Part shown: piece after piece, positions 1 through 9,475 of the stretch
How the letters are laid out: each line of letters opens with the position of its first letter
Numbering within the stretch: position 1 is the first letter of the stretch
Source of the DNA: Myxococcota bacterium
GTDB taxonomy: Bacteria > Myxococcota_A > Bradymonadia > UBA7976 > UBA1532
Assembly (NCBI GenBank): GCA_036337435.1
Contig: JAYZEG010000004.1
Location: forward strand, 1-55,279
Reading direction: 5' to 3'
Length of the DNA: 55,279 bases
Position numbers and translations under genes: made by a program
The notes under the pieces: generated by a model
Databases searched by the model: none
What the model saw: the letters and a program-made list of their open reading frames with translations, nothing else
Told to the model about the DNA's origin: nothing

Positions 1-417
1 GATGTTCTGCTTTTGCGGGCCCAGGGTCGTTTTGTCGATGTGGGCACGGAAGTGAGCAGGTGGTTCGAAGCCAAGCCGGTCTAAAACTGACTTGAGACTC
101 GCGTGGTCCACCTCTTCACCTTGCCACTGACATGGTTCGAATCGGTATTTTTTTGGTCTCGTTTTCGGTGGCCGACAGTCGCGAGGCACGCGCACCGCCA
201 TACCAGTCTTTAATCTAACGCTCGCAGGCCATCTGTTGAATTGGACGAGACGCGTCCATTCACACCCAGTGCGTTGGGTAATGGTCTCCTTTGTGTCTTT
301 GGCGCGAACGGTATCGATAATGGGGATGGCCTGGCTACCCGGAGGCGGAGGTCGAAGAGACTCCGCGAATGAAGGGGTCGCAATGCATACCCAGAGTAAC
401 ACGAAATAGGAGGCCAT
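1..417 (-). CDS. Secreted LysM-like protein, paralogue of the 1703-2998 protein (3'-partial, runs off window; absent from ORF track)
   Basis: Manual translation from ATG at 417 (in-frame TTG at 450) is open to base 1: MASYFVLLWVCIATPSFAES...DTVRAKDTKETITQRTGCEWTRLVQFNRWPASVRLKTGMAVRVP (LysM-like)...LKSVLDRLGFEPPAHFRAHI, matching LEKMMRARGFTPPHRFRALI in the upstream protein. Confidence 0.75.
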   Translation of the reverse strand, partial: MASYFVLLWVCIATPSFAESLRPPPPGSQAIPIIDTVRAKDTKETITQRTGCEWTRLVQFNRWPASVRLKTGMAVRVPRDCRPPKTRPKKYRFEPCQWQGEEVDHASLKSVLDRLGFEPPAHFRAHIDKTTLGPQKQNI

Positions 418-467
418 TCCGATGGGGTAGGGGGTTGGCTGTTGGGCCAAATTTCCCTGTTCTTTCC

Positions 468-1553
468 TCAATTAGGGGGCCCGATTTCATATCGCTTGTA
501 TTCGACTCGACTCTTATACGGGAGCATGTCGCGTACCGATTTGATTTTTTTGATGTCGAGCCACTTCAAGAAGTCACTTTGTGTTTGTACAGCATACGTA
601 TAATAAATTTCTTTTCGTTTCGGTGGTGTGCGCAATTCCGGTGCGTTGGGTTTGAGCTTCAGTGTTCCATCGGCGAGTTTTTGCTCCAACTCTTGCACCT
701 CATTCGGAGTGAGGTCGACGAACTTAGCCCAAGCCCGAGTTCGCACAACTTTGGAACGCGCGTCGTAGGGCAAGCTGCGGACATTGTTACGGTAGTTTTT
801 GGTGTAAGGGAAATACTGCTCTGCATTCGAGGGATGGTAGACTCTGACAACTTGTCCATGTTTCCTAAGGGCCTCGCCCATGCTCTTCATGGCACCGTCT
901 TTCGTGAGGTCGCCTCGGATAAAAACTATTCGATCTTCCTTAAACATTTTCACGATGAAATCGTATTCGGCCTGGATGCCCAAATAGCTGCTTGTCCGAC
1001 TTTTCCTTTGTGTTTTTTTTGTTCGCTTGAGGGCCTTGACGATACGCGAACGCGAGTACCGATAGGCTTTTCGTAAGCGTCGGGCTTTTGCTTTGTCGTC
1101 CCCGCAGGATGTCTTAATCAGCTGGCGAAACTTTTTCTTTGAGCGGGCATACCAAAGCTGCATAAATTCTTTAGGTGTCGATGCATTTAGGAACGCTAAT
1201 CGATAGAGTTCATGAACATCGATGACCATTTGATCGAAATCCATCATGATGGCTAGGTCAGGTTTTGCCCATGGCAGCATGGTGTAGTTCTGGTTGGTTC
1301 CTATGCCAACGAAGGTGCCACCCAATCCATCAATGTCCTTTTTGAAGAGGTGGTGATGGCTTTCGTCTGAAGCAACATAATGAATGTTGTTCACGAGCTT
1401 AATTTTGAGCTCATCAGGTGTGATTGCTCGCAAAGATTGAACCACCGCCCGATGAGACTGAGCGGAGGTCTCAATGGTTTGTGCGTGGGCGCCAATGACG
1501 CCGCCAGAGAATGTGAGGGCTAGCACAAGGCCTTTAATCGAGAATCCCTGCAT
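468..1553 (-). CDS. Secreted hypothetical protein (resembles the LIC_10091-like family; possible SAM-Rossmann-like fold)
   Basis: 361 aa ORF, signal peptide ending AHA, AAGGAG RBS upstream, motif YVASDE...GGTFVGIGTNQNY...MMDFD; very basic. Confidence 0.7.
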   Translation of the reverse strand: MQGFSIKGLVLALTFSGGVIGAHAQTIETSAQSHRAVVQSLRAITPDELKIKLVNNIHYVASDESHHHLFKKDIDGLGGTFVGIGTNQNYTMLPWAKPDLAIMMDFDQMVIDVHELYRLAFLNASTPKEFMQLWYARSKKKFRQLIKTSCGDDKAKARRLRKAYRYSRSRIVKALKRTKKTQRKSRTSSYLGIQAEYDFIVKMFKEDRIVFIRGDLTKDGAMKSMGEALRKHGQVVRVYHPSNAEQYFPYTKNYRNNVRSLPYDARSKVVRTRAWAKFVDLTPNEVQELEQKLADGTLKLKPNAPELRTPPKRKEIYYTYAVQTQSDFLKWLDIKKIKSVRDMLPYKSRVEYKRYEIGPPN

Positions 1554-1702
1554 TTTGGCTCCTTTACTCGTTCATCGTTCACTAATAACTTAACGGTTTG
1601 TGCTGTCAAGTTGAGCCGAGCGTCGGCCTACCCTGAACAGTGAGGTTCTTAGCCATTTCACAGGTTCGCCTGTGTCCGCTTCGTGTCTTAAAAAAAAATC
1701 GA

Positions 1703-2998
1703 TCACTTAAAAGCATTTGGGTTTTTAATGATTTCACCCATGACCCGGCCTGCTTGTGTCAATGTTCGTCGGCCTGGATAGCCGGCAGCCGCGACAATCC
1801 AACGCCGTTTTGACCGGGGCAGGTAGACGTACACTACGTCGCTAAACCATTTACCTGCATAGCCGGGTTTGTGAAACATCCGAACGTCAGGATCCTTAAA
1901 GGCTTTTCGGAGTGCATTGACAAACTGCATTCCGCGCCGTCTTTGGTCTTTACGATTATAGATACCCATCGAGCGAGAGATGATGTCTCGATTGGTTTGT
2001 GTCAGGCGAACCTGCTCTCGCTTCGGAATTTGATTTCTGTTCATGAGAAGTCGTTTCATGCCCTCCGCTAAATCCATGAGCGTAGAACACGTACCGCCCC
2101 AGGGGCAGTGATACTGACCACGTTTACCCCGTTTGTATTGTTTTGCGGGGATTGTCTTCCGTTTCTTACCATGGCGGAGTTGGATTTTGGGGCTGTCTCT
2201 AAAGCTGCGAACACCACTCAGTGGGATCCATTTCGACCGAGCATAAGGCCCGTGTAGGCCCGTGCCTTTAATGCCTCTGCGAGGGTGCAACAAATTGCCA
2301 TTTAAATAATCATATCCGGCCAGCTGAACGAGCCTGTCGTATGCAATATTGTCGCTTTCGATCAGTGCGTCATCGACTAACTCACGGACGGTGCAGTTCT
2401 TACGTCGTATGAGGCAATTTGTTTTCTTTCCTGTTTTCGAATGGTGAAAAGTGGCCCATGTCTCTGCCGGGAATCCCCATTTTTCCAGCCGCTCTAATGC
2501 TGCGATTGCGGCGAAAAACTTAATGCTTGATGCCGCATTCCAGCCGCCAGCTTGAACGCTGAGCCCTTTCCAGTCGAATGCGCGTTCGCTGATCACTCGG
2601 CCTTTTGAGTTCAATTCATATTCGATGATCAACGCCCTGAACCGATGCGGGGGCGTAAACCCACGGGCACGCATCATCTTTTCCAGTCGTTTGGTATCCA
2701 AGCGGGCTTTTTTATACCCTCGAGCTGAGCTTCGAGACGCTCTGGTTCTCGACGGGTCAACTTTGACATTCTTACAACCCAGCTTGAGCTTCATACCAGG
2801 ATAGATACGGTTTGGGTTTTTGAGTTTCGGATTAACCTGAAGGAGTTGACCGACGCTGCAGCCATTATCTCGGGCTATTTTGCCAAAGTATTCTCCGGAT
2901 TGGACGACGTGGACTTGCGCTCCAGCAGCCGTGCTTATCGCGGTGACCAATAGGCAGGTCAGGCTCTTGATCCGCCACGGATTAGCTACAGCTTGCAT
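1703..2998 (-). CDS. LysM-domain serine hydrolase, class A beta-lactamase/PBP-like
   Basis: Signal peptide, LysM (HVVQSGEYFGKIARDNGCSVGQLLQVNP...IYPGMKL), SxxK (ASSIK), SDN (ESDN), KTG-like (HKPG). Start moved to ATG 2998 behind a GAAGGAG RBS. Confidence 0.8.
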   Translation of the reverse strand: MQAVANPWRIKSLTCLLVTAISTAAGAQVHVVQSGEYFGKIARDNGCSVGQLLQVNPKLKNPNRIYPGMKLKLGCKNVKVDPSRTRASRSSARGYKKARLDTKRLEKMMRARGFTPPHRFRALIIEYELNSKGRVISERAFDWKGLSVQAGGWNAASSIKFFAAIAALERLEKWGFPAETWATFHHSKTGKKTNCLIRRKNCTVRELVDDALIESDNIAYDRLVQLAGYDYLNGNLLHPRRGIKGTGLHGPYARSKWIPLSGVRSFRDSPKIQLRHGKKRKTIPAKQYKRGKRGQYHCPWGGTCSTLMDLAEGMKRLLMNRNQIPKREQVRLTQTNRDIISRSMGIYNRKDQRRRGMQFVNALRKAFKDPDVRMFHKPGYAGKWFSDVVYVYLPRSKRRWIVAAAGYPGRRTLTQAGRVMGEIIKNPNAFK

Positions 2999-3231
2999 GA
3001 GTTTATATACTCCTTCGCGGTCCACTCCGCGCGTCCTATAACGTCTCAGCCTAAGCAACTGTTCAATGTCTGTTACAAATTCCTGAATTTTGATAACAAA
3101 ACTAGGCGTGGCTGGCCATTGATTTAAGTGCCATTTCCTTCCCTAAGGCAGGGGCTTCACCTGAGTCGTGGTCTTTAATTTCGGTGAAACATTGGGGCAG
3201 TGCGTGTCAATGAAAGGATAAAATAACCCAT

Positions 3232-5253
3232 TTAGCGCACACCATAGCAACCACATCCGCATTCACCCTGGTAAACCGAAAATGTGGGTGGACAGCCCAT
3301 TCGAGTCGCCACTTCGAAGAGATCATTGACCTCGAACCAACCAGGGACGTCGGCACAGTCTTCCGGACTAAAGCCGAAGGGAATGATCTCAAGGGCTGGG
3401 TTAGCCTCATCGGGGCAGCCAGATAAGCGACACGTGCACTGATCGCAGCCGTTTTCATCTTCGTTAAACCCGTCCGGGCATACTAAATTGCAGTCATCGA
3501 CCGGCTGACAGACGATCGGACAAGACATTCGAACCGGGAATTCATCGCTTTCGTCCTGACAGTGGGGTCGACCATCGCAAAGAAGCGGGGCGTCTAGGCA
3601 TTCACCACTGTCGCATCGAAATTGGCCTGCATTGCATGGACCTTGATTACGGCATGCCATTTCATCACTTCCATCGCCGCAATTGACGTGGCCATCACAG
3701 CGATTTAGCCTCGGAATACATTGATTATCTTGGCAGGCCCATTGTTCTGGGGCACATGGTAAAATCACGTCATCGGATGCGCATCCACAGCCACACGATG
3801 AGGTGAACCGAGTCTCCAATGGCCCGCACTCCAAACCACCTGCTGCAATGGCCGCGTTGCAATGGGCCACATCAAGGGACCAGTAGGTGATGGACTCATG
3901 TCGGGGCGATGGACAATTCGGACGGTCGCAGACCGAGGCGCAGAGGCCGTTGTCGCAGATCGTCGCGCAATCAGGCACCGATTGCGCACAATCCGCTGTC
4001 TCGATACAACGGGAGTTTACCCCGCATGGCTCACAATTTTGACCGCCGCAATCAATGTCCGTTTCATCTCGATTCAACACGTTGTCCGTACAGGTGGGCT
4101 CATCCGCACAGCTGCGATTGTCTCTCTGTAGTGTGAAACCTGGATCGCATTGGCATCGAAATGACCCTGGTAAGTTGATGCACTGTTGGGCACAGCCACC
4201 ATTATTCGCCGAACATTCATCATTATCTCGACATCCAAAACCAGCAAGTCCGTCGCCGTGATAGCCATCTTGGCATTGGCAAATAAAACCACCAAAGACG
4301 TTAATGCAGTCGCTATTTTGGGCGCATCCAGCCGCAATGGGCCCATCTTCGCACTCATTGATATCTTCACATGTTGGTGGTGCAGAAAGATTATTTACGC
4401 ACAGCACCGCTGCGGGATCACCACAGTCGCCATTGAAATTTAGGCATTCATTGACGTCCTCACAAATGGGGCGCCGGGTTGGTTGATTGACACAATTGGA
4501 GAAGAGTGGATCGCCACACCCCCCATTTTCGAAGGAGCAATAGTCGACAAGTGCGCATGTGGGCGCGCCTCCATATTCATTCGTGCAGGTCACGAATTCA
4601 GGGTCACCGCAGCCACCATTTTCGATAGCACATTCATCGATATCTTGGCAGTCGGGCGTGTCGGCGACTCGATTCACGCACCGAATATGTTCGGGCGGAC
4701 CACACAGCCCGTTGTCTATGGCACATTCATCGACATCTTCGCAGCGCCCATTATCGAATCTAAGGCCCGGGCTGCAAAGGCATTGGAACCCACCCGCAAT
4801 ATTTTCGCAGGTTGTGTCATCGGGGCATGGAGATGGGGCTTGGTCGCACTCGTTGAGATCGGTGCACCGATATCCATCGCCAACGAAACCGTCGTTGCAC
4901 TGGCAGCGCCATTGGCCTGCAGAGAATCGGCATGTTGCATTGTTCGCGCACGGACCATTGTCATGCAGGCAACGGTTCACTGGCTGGGCGTCTCCGGAGT
5001 CCCACTCGTCATGCATTGTTCCTGCATCCGGGTCGATCAATGTCATCGAACCGTCGCTAACCGACCCATTTGTTGCATCCAGGTGGGCATTAAACGCGTC
5101 GGTAGACGCCGCCATGTCACGACTATCAGCATCGAGGTATAAGTCCGCATGGGGGGGGGCGGTGCCTTGGTCGTGCGATGATGAATCAACATCGTCTGTG
5201 CATGCGTGTAATGCACACAAGCCGAGTAGCAAAACAGCACAAACACGCGTCAC
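3232..5253 (-). CDS. Cys-rich surface lipoprotein with Ca-binding EGF repeats, 2 LDL-receptor class A repeats and an antistasin-like module
   Basis: GTG 5253 after GGAGG; lipobox LHAC; repeated D(I/V)(N/D)EC EGF motifs; CQDNQCIPRLNRCDGHVNCGDGSDE and CDSGECLDAPLLCDGRPHCQDESDE (LDLa); CNLVCPDGFNEDENGCDQCTC (antistasin). Confidence 0.85.
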   Translation of the reverse strand: MTRVCAVLLLGLCALHACTDDVDSSSHDQGTAPPHADLYLDADSRDMAASTDAFNAHLDATNGSVSDGSMTLIDPDAGTMHDEWDSGDAQPVNRCLHDNGPCANNATCRFSAGQWRCQCNDGFVGDGYRCTDLNECDQAPSPCPDDTTCENIAGGFQCLCSPGLRFDNGRCEDVDECAIDNGLCGPPEHIRCVNRVADTPDCQDIDECAIENGGCGDPEFVTCTNEYGGAPTCALVDYCSFENGGCGDPLFSNCVNQPTRRPICEDVNECLNFNGDCGDPAAVLCVNNLSAPPTCEDINECEDGPIAAGCAQNSDCINVFGGFICQCQDGYHGDGLAGFGCRDNDECSANNGGCAQQCINLPGSFRCQCDPGFTLQRDNRSCADEPTCTDNVLNRDETDIDCGGQNCEPCGVNSRCIETADCAQSVPDCATICDNGLCASVCDRPNCPSPRHESITYWSLDVAHCNAAIAAGGLECGPLETRFTSSCGCGCASDDVILPCAPEQWACQDNQCIPRLNRCDGHVNCGDGSDEMACRNQGPCNAGQFRCDSGECLDAPLLCDGRPHCQDESDEFPVRMSCPIVCQPVDDCNLVCPDGFNEDENGCDQCTCRLSGCPDEANPALEIIPFGFSPEDCADVPGWFEVNDLFEVATRMGCPPTFSVYQGECGCGCYGVR

Positions 5254-5724
5254 AGGCCAGTTGCCTCCACAGACCAAAGGTCATCAGCATAGCTTACTTT
5301 TGGCACCGATGGCGACCCGAAGACGTGAAAACCAGTTTAAAGCCTGACTCACTCGTCAATTTTACCGCCAATTTTTAAACTGGCCGCTGCTCGGACTTAG
5401 AAAAACCAGTGCGCATCAGTCAAATCAAGACATCCGGTGTTCAGGCTCAAAACGACGAGGCAAATAAAGAGTTTAAATTTCATGTTTTCATTCCTTTGTT
5501 GAAACAGCCGTGTCTGGGTTATTCAAGAAATGAGCCAATCTTACGATCGGTTGGTTTAGGGCCCGTGACATCGATGGTGTCACAATTCAAGTGGCCCTTT
5601 GGCCCCCCTTTCTTTACTTGTTGGGGTCCGATGTCGCTCAATCAATTTTGATGACTCTGTTAAGTTTTGGTGTTTTACCGCATATTGGTAGCGCGCGTTT
5701 TTTAGCCGGCAGCCAGGAAAGACT

Positions 5725-7179
5725 ATGAAACAAGAATCCGGAAGCAAGGTCCGCTGGTACAACTCCTTTGTTTTCCGTTTCAGTGCCATAAATATGGTTG
5801 TGGTCATCGCCCTCGTGTCAGGCGTCATCTACAGGAGCCATCAGCGGGACCGCGAGCAGCTTGTAGAAGGGTTCTCAACGGTGCTCAGAACCATTGCTGT
5901 GAATGCAGCCCCACTTATCGATGGGGGTAGTTTAAACGCCGTCCAGGTCAATGCTGACGCGAATAAAGACGCGTTTCTAAAGGCTCGACAGACCCTAGAT
6001 GGCATACGGGAACTGAATGGTTTGGCGGAAGATGCAATCTACATCTTGCGCCCGTCTGCCGAAACGCAAGGTCGCTATGAATTTGTCGTCATGCTTCAAG
6101 AGCGGACCTTTATTGGTGACTCTTATGACCCGCCCGAAAAAATTATGCCCCTCTACGACAAAGCGTTAAGTGGAGAGGCAGTCGAATCGCCCCTATTCGA
6201 AGATGAGCACGGCACATTCATCAGCGGTGTTGCCCCGATCAGGGACAGCTCTGGACGAGTTGTTGCTTTGTTGCAGGCGGACATTCGTCTTGCGGAATAT
6301 TTGGAGAGGTTACGTGAGGAGACACGCTATCTTGTCGGTTTTGCAGTCCTCATTCTGCTTGTCATCATGTTTTTGTCTTCGATTCTTAGAAATAAGCTAG
6401 CGACTCGTATCGGTGAATTAATGAAGGGGACGATGGCACTTAATTCCAATGATTTCGGGGTGAGAGTCCGTCTTGATACGGCTGATGAGTTGGAGCAGTT
6501 AGGACGCTCAATCAACGTCGCTCTGGAGCACTTACAAGAGCGGTCTGAAATGCTTAAGTTTCTACCTGAGCATACTCAGAAGATGATCGCTCGGGTTCTT
6601 GACGCCGGTGCGCAGCAAGTGGAGTTGACAGAAGCGCGCGACATCGATGTGGCGATCATGGAAACTGATATCCGTGGCTTCACAGCCTTGGCAGAGAAGC
6701 TGAAACCAGCCGATACCATTGCTCTGATTAACAAGTACATCAGTTTACAAGCTGAAATCGTGCGTGAATTTGGCGGCTCCATCGACAAGTACATGGGCGA
6801 TGCCGTCCTCGTCATCTTCGAGGGCGACGATGCCACCTATCGGGCCATCGGCTGCGCTACAGAGATCCTGCGCGAGGTCGCCAAGTTAAACGAGTCCGCA
6901 ATGCAACCGGTCCACATCGGGATCGGACTGACCTTTGGCCCAGTTGTGATGGGCAACATGGGGTCTGAGTCACGCATGGAACACACGGTCATTGGTCCAT
7001 CCGTCAATCTTGCAGCGCGTTTGTGTTCTTTAGCGAATCCCGGCCAGCTGGTTCTACCCAGCCATCTCTACAAGGCGCATGCCGATGCCTTCGGCTCGCA
7101 CTCAGTCGCAATGGCAAAGGTCGAAGTGGTTGAAGTGAAGGGGTTTACTGACCCAATCGACATCTTCAGAATCGAATAA
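5725..7179 (+). CDS. Membrane class III adenylate/guanylate cyclase (periplasmic Cache-like sensor, HAMP, cyclase)
   Basis: Two TM helices, HAMP (DELEQLGRSIN), TDIRGFT, DKYMGDAV, GPSVNLAARL; K in the specificity position suggests adenylate cyclase. Confidence 0.9.
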   Translation: MKQESGSKVRWYNSFVFRFSAINMVVVIALVSGVIYRSHQRDREQLVEGFSTVLRTIAVNAAPLIDGGSLNAVQVNADANKDAFLKARQTLDGIRELNGLAEDAIYILRPSAETQGRYEFVVMLQERTFIGDSYDPPEKIMPLYDKALSGEAVESPLFEDEHGTFISGVAPIRDSSGRVVALLQADIRLAEYLERLREETRYLVGFAVLILLVIMFLSSILRNKLATRIGELMKGTMALNSNDFGVRVRLDTADELEQLGRSINVALEHLQERSEMLKFLPEHTQKMIARVLDAGAQQVELTEARDIDVAIMETDIRGFTALAEKLKPADTIALINKYISLQAEIVREFGGSIDKYMGDAVLVIFEGDDATYRAIGCATEILREVAKLNESAMQPVHIGIGLTFGPVVMGNMGSESRMEHTVIGPSVNLAARLCSLANPGQLVLPSHLYKAHADAFGSHSVAMAKVEVVEVKGFTDPIDIFRIE

Positions 7180-7357
7180 TGACCCAGGACGAAGGCGGGG
7201 TAGGGACCATGGGCTAGAGCCACGAGTCTTCACGTAGACGTTGTTTGCATTCATAGGTCGACCTAAAGTCCACTTTCGATGTCCGACGATGGGAATGATT
7301 TATTTAAATGACCAATCTCTGGTAAACTCGCGCCAGACAAAAACGGAGACACTGCTT

Positions 7358-9190
7358 GTGAGACCGAAAGCTTTTGGTGGGATTGAGATACGAATCGGCC
7401 TTTTTCTCTGGGTCTGCTTTGGATTCATTAGCGGCTGTGATGATTCGAGTGCTCCGAGCTCTCCGGGTTCGGTCATGTTTGCTGCAGACGCGGGTTCTGA
7501 TGGCCAAATGGCCATACCAGATATGCTTAAACCCGACTCCATGGTGGTGATTCAAAAACCTGAAATTATTCTGGAAAGTCCCCAGTCTGGGGAGTTTTAT
7601 TCACCGATGCAACGTACGGTGTCCGTCCGGGGTCAGGTACTAAATGCATCGCCCCTGGGGCGATTGAGCATCGGTGGCGTTCAGATTGTCTTTAATGAAA
7701 ATGGCCGATTCGAATCGCCGGTTGAGCTCGTTCGCGGTCTACAACACATCGATGTCCGCTTTGAGGTGACACCAGAGATCTATGATACAACGCGCCGCAC
7801 GATTCTGGTGGGGGCCGACATTCCCTGGGATGCGGAAGTGACATCAGCACTGTCGGCCATCATCAACCCAAGTGCTCTCGAGCGTTTAAGCGAGGCCCTC
7901 GAAGGGCCGACAGTCCGGATGCTATTCCAAGATGAGGTTGTCTCCGGAACACAAGATGACGAGGATTTAGAGATCGACGAAGTGCTCTATGACAATATCG
8001 ATGTGAACCTCAATTTGGCCGACGGGTTTGTAAGAGCTCAGGTCATTCTGACAGGCCTAGCGATTCGCTTCACTTACAACTACGAGGTTTTGGGAATCGA
8101 TACGCGCGTCAGGGGGGTGGCGAGGGCAAATCCGGCTGAGCTCATTGCAGATGTTTTCATCGTTCAAGAGCCGACAGGTGACTTTGGCGCGGAAATTCGT
8201 AATCCTCAACTTAATCTGACGGATTTCGAACTTGAACTGGAAGGGGCGTTTCAGGCGCTTGAGGGAATCCTTGAACCGCTGATACGTACGCTCGCACAAG
8301 ATGGATTGCTCAGTCTACTCGATGACTATTTGGTTCAGACCATCGTCGAAGCGGAGCTTTTGAACCGAGAAATCGACGTACTCGGCACACCTGTCGGACT
8401 CAACTTTGAGCTGCGCGATCTCACTGTGAAACCAGAAATGGCGACAGCGGTCGCATCCGGTAGAATTGTCGGTGTACAGCCTGTCAAAGAAGCGCCCGGT
8501 ATTTGGCAGGCAGGCGGGAGTTCAGCGCCCACCACAGGCCCCCACGATGTGTCGCTCAATGTCGGTGTTGACATCCTCAATCATCTCCTCGCTCACGTCT
8601 GGCGTGGTGCCCTGCTCGATACTGTCTTCGACGGGGCCGATCCCGACTCTCCAACGGCAAATTTGACCATGGCTGTGATCGCCGGGGCGGCCGCACCTGA
8701 GTTGCTCGATACCTTTGGACCCGACAGTCCCATTTCGGTAAGGACTGAGGCTCTGTTGCAGCCTACCGTTCGTTTTGGTGAGCCACAAAGTTTTGACCTG
8801 AATTTGGGTATCGGTGGACTGAGGATTTATTTGTCAGCGATCGACATGCAGGGGAACCAGCGAGAGTGGGGTGTCTTTGAAGTGTCGGGCGATATCACGG
8901 CGACGCCCGGAATCAACGGCTTGGCTTTGACCTTAACAGCTCAAACTGACCTTAATTTCGAGGTCGTTTCAGCACCCATTGTGCCATTACAAGAAGAAGT
9001 GTTCTCGAACTTTATGAAATCCATTGTGGATGGGCTCATTACCTCAGGTCTAGATAGCGCCATCAGCCAAATTATCGATCTGGACTCTTTGGATTTATTT
9101 GGACTGCGTCTTCAGCAAATTTATCTTCAGCGGCTCGTCGGGGCACCAAGTTATCTCCAAATCAGCATTGCCTTCGACACCGTCCAATAG
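7358..9190 (+). CDS. Acidic lipoprotein with Ig-like domain and putative BPI/LBP (TULIP)-like region
   Basis: GTG 7358 after GGAG; lipobox FISGC; Ig-like segment PEIILESP...VSVRGQV...GRFESPVELVRGLQHI; VSLNVGVDILNHLLAHVWRGALL resembles the BPI C-terminal domain. Confidence 0.6.
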   Translation: MRPKAFGGIEIRIGLFLWVCFGFISGCDDSSAPSSPGSVMFAADAGSDGQMAIPDMLKPDSMVVIQKPEIILESPQSGEFYSPMQRTVSVRGQVLNASPLGRLSIGGVQIVFNENGRFESPVELVRGLQHIDVRFEVTPEIYDTTRRTILVGADIPWDAEVTSALSAIINPSALERLSEALEGPTVRMLFQDEVVSGTQDDEDLEIDEVLYDNIDVNLNLADGFVRAQVILTGLAIRFTYNYEVLGIDTRVRGVARANPAELIADVFIVQEPTGDFGAEIRNPQLNLTDFELELEGAFQALEGILEPLIRTLAQDGLLSLLDDYLVQTIVEAELLNREIDVLGTPVGLNFELRDLTVKPEMATAVASGRIVGVQPVKEAPGIWQAGGSSAPTTGPHDVSLNVGVDILNHLLAHVWRGALLDTVFDGADPDSPTANLTMAVIAGAAAPELLDTFGPDSPISVRTEALLQPTVRFGEPQSFDLNLGIGGLRIYLSAIDMQGNQREWGVFEVSGDITATPGINGLALTLTAQTDLNFEVVSAPIVPLQEEVFSNFMKSIVDGLITSGLDSAISQIIDLDSLDLFGLRLQQIYLQRLVGAPSYLQISIAFDTVQ

Positions 9191-9475
9191 GCGATCGTGC
9201 GCCTCAGACCGTCGGTTACGTCATAACGAATGTAGGCTCGTGTTGTTCTCTTTCGAGCCGCTCTTCTCAATGAGGAGCTTTGGGTTGCGGAGTCGTGAGT
9301 GTCGTGCTCGGTCAGACTCTGAAGAGTGGGTTTTCTACCTCAAACCGTGTTCGATCCTGAATTCGCACTGGCGCTCGATGTGCAAGTCGAGCCAATATAG
9401 AGGCACTGAATTTTGAGAATGGCGACTAAATCCTTGGTTTGACCAAGTCGTCTATTCCGTTTGATAGGAAAACCC

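Noticed and set aside
369..1076. 235-aa plus-strand ORF
   Set aside because: Antisense shadow of the 468-1553 gene; no motifs.
4483..5347. 219-aa and 262-aa plus-strand ORFs
   Set aside because: Antisense to the EGF-repeat gene; their periodicity mirrors its repeats.
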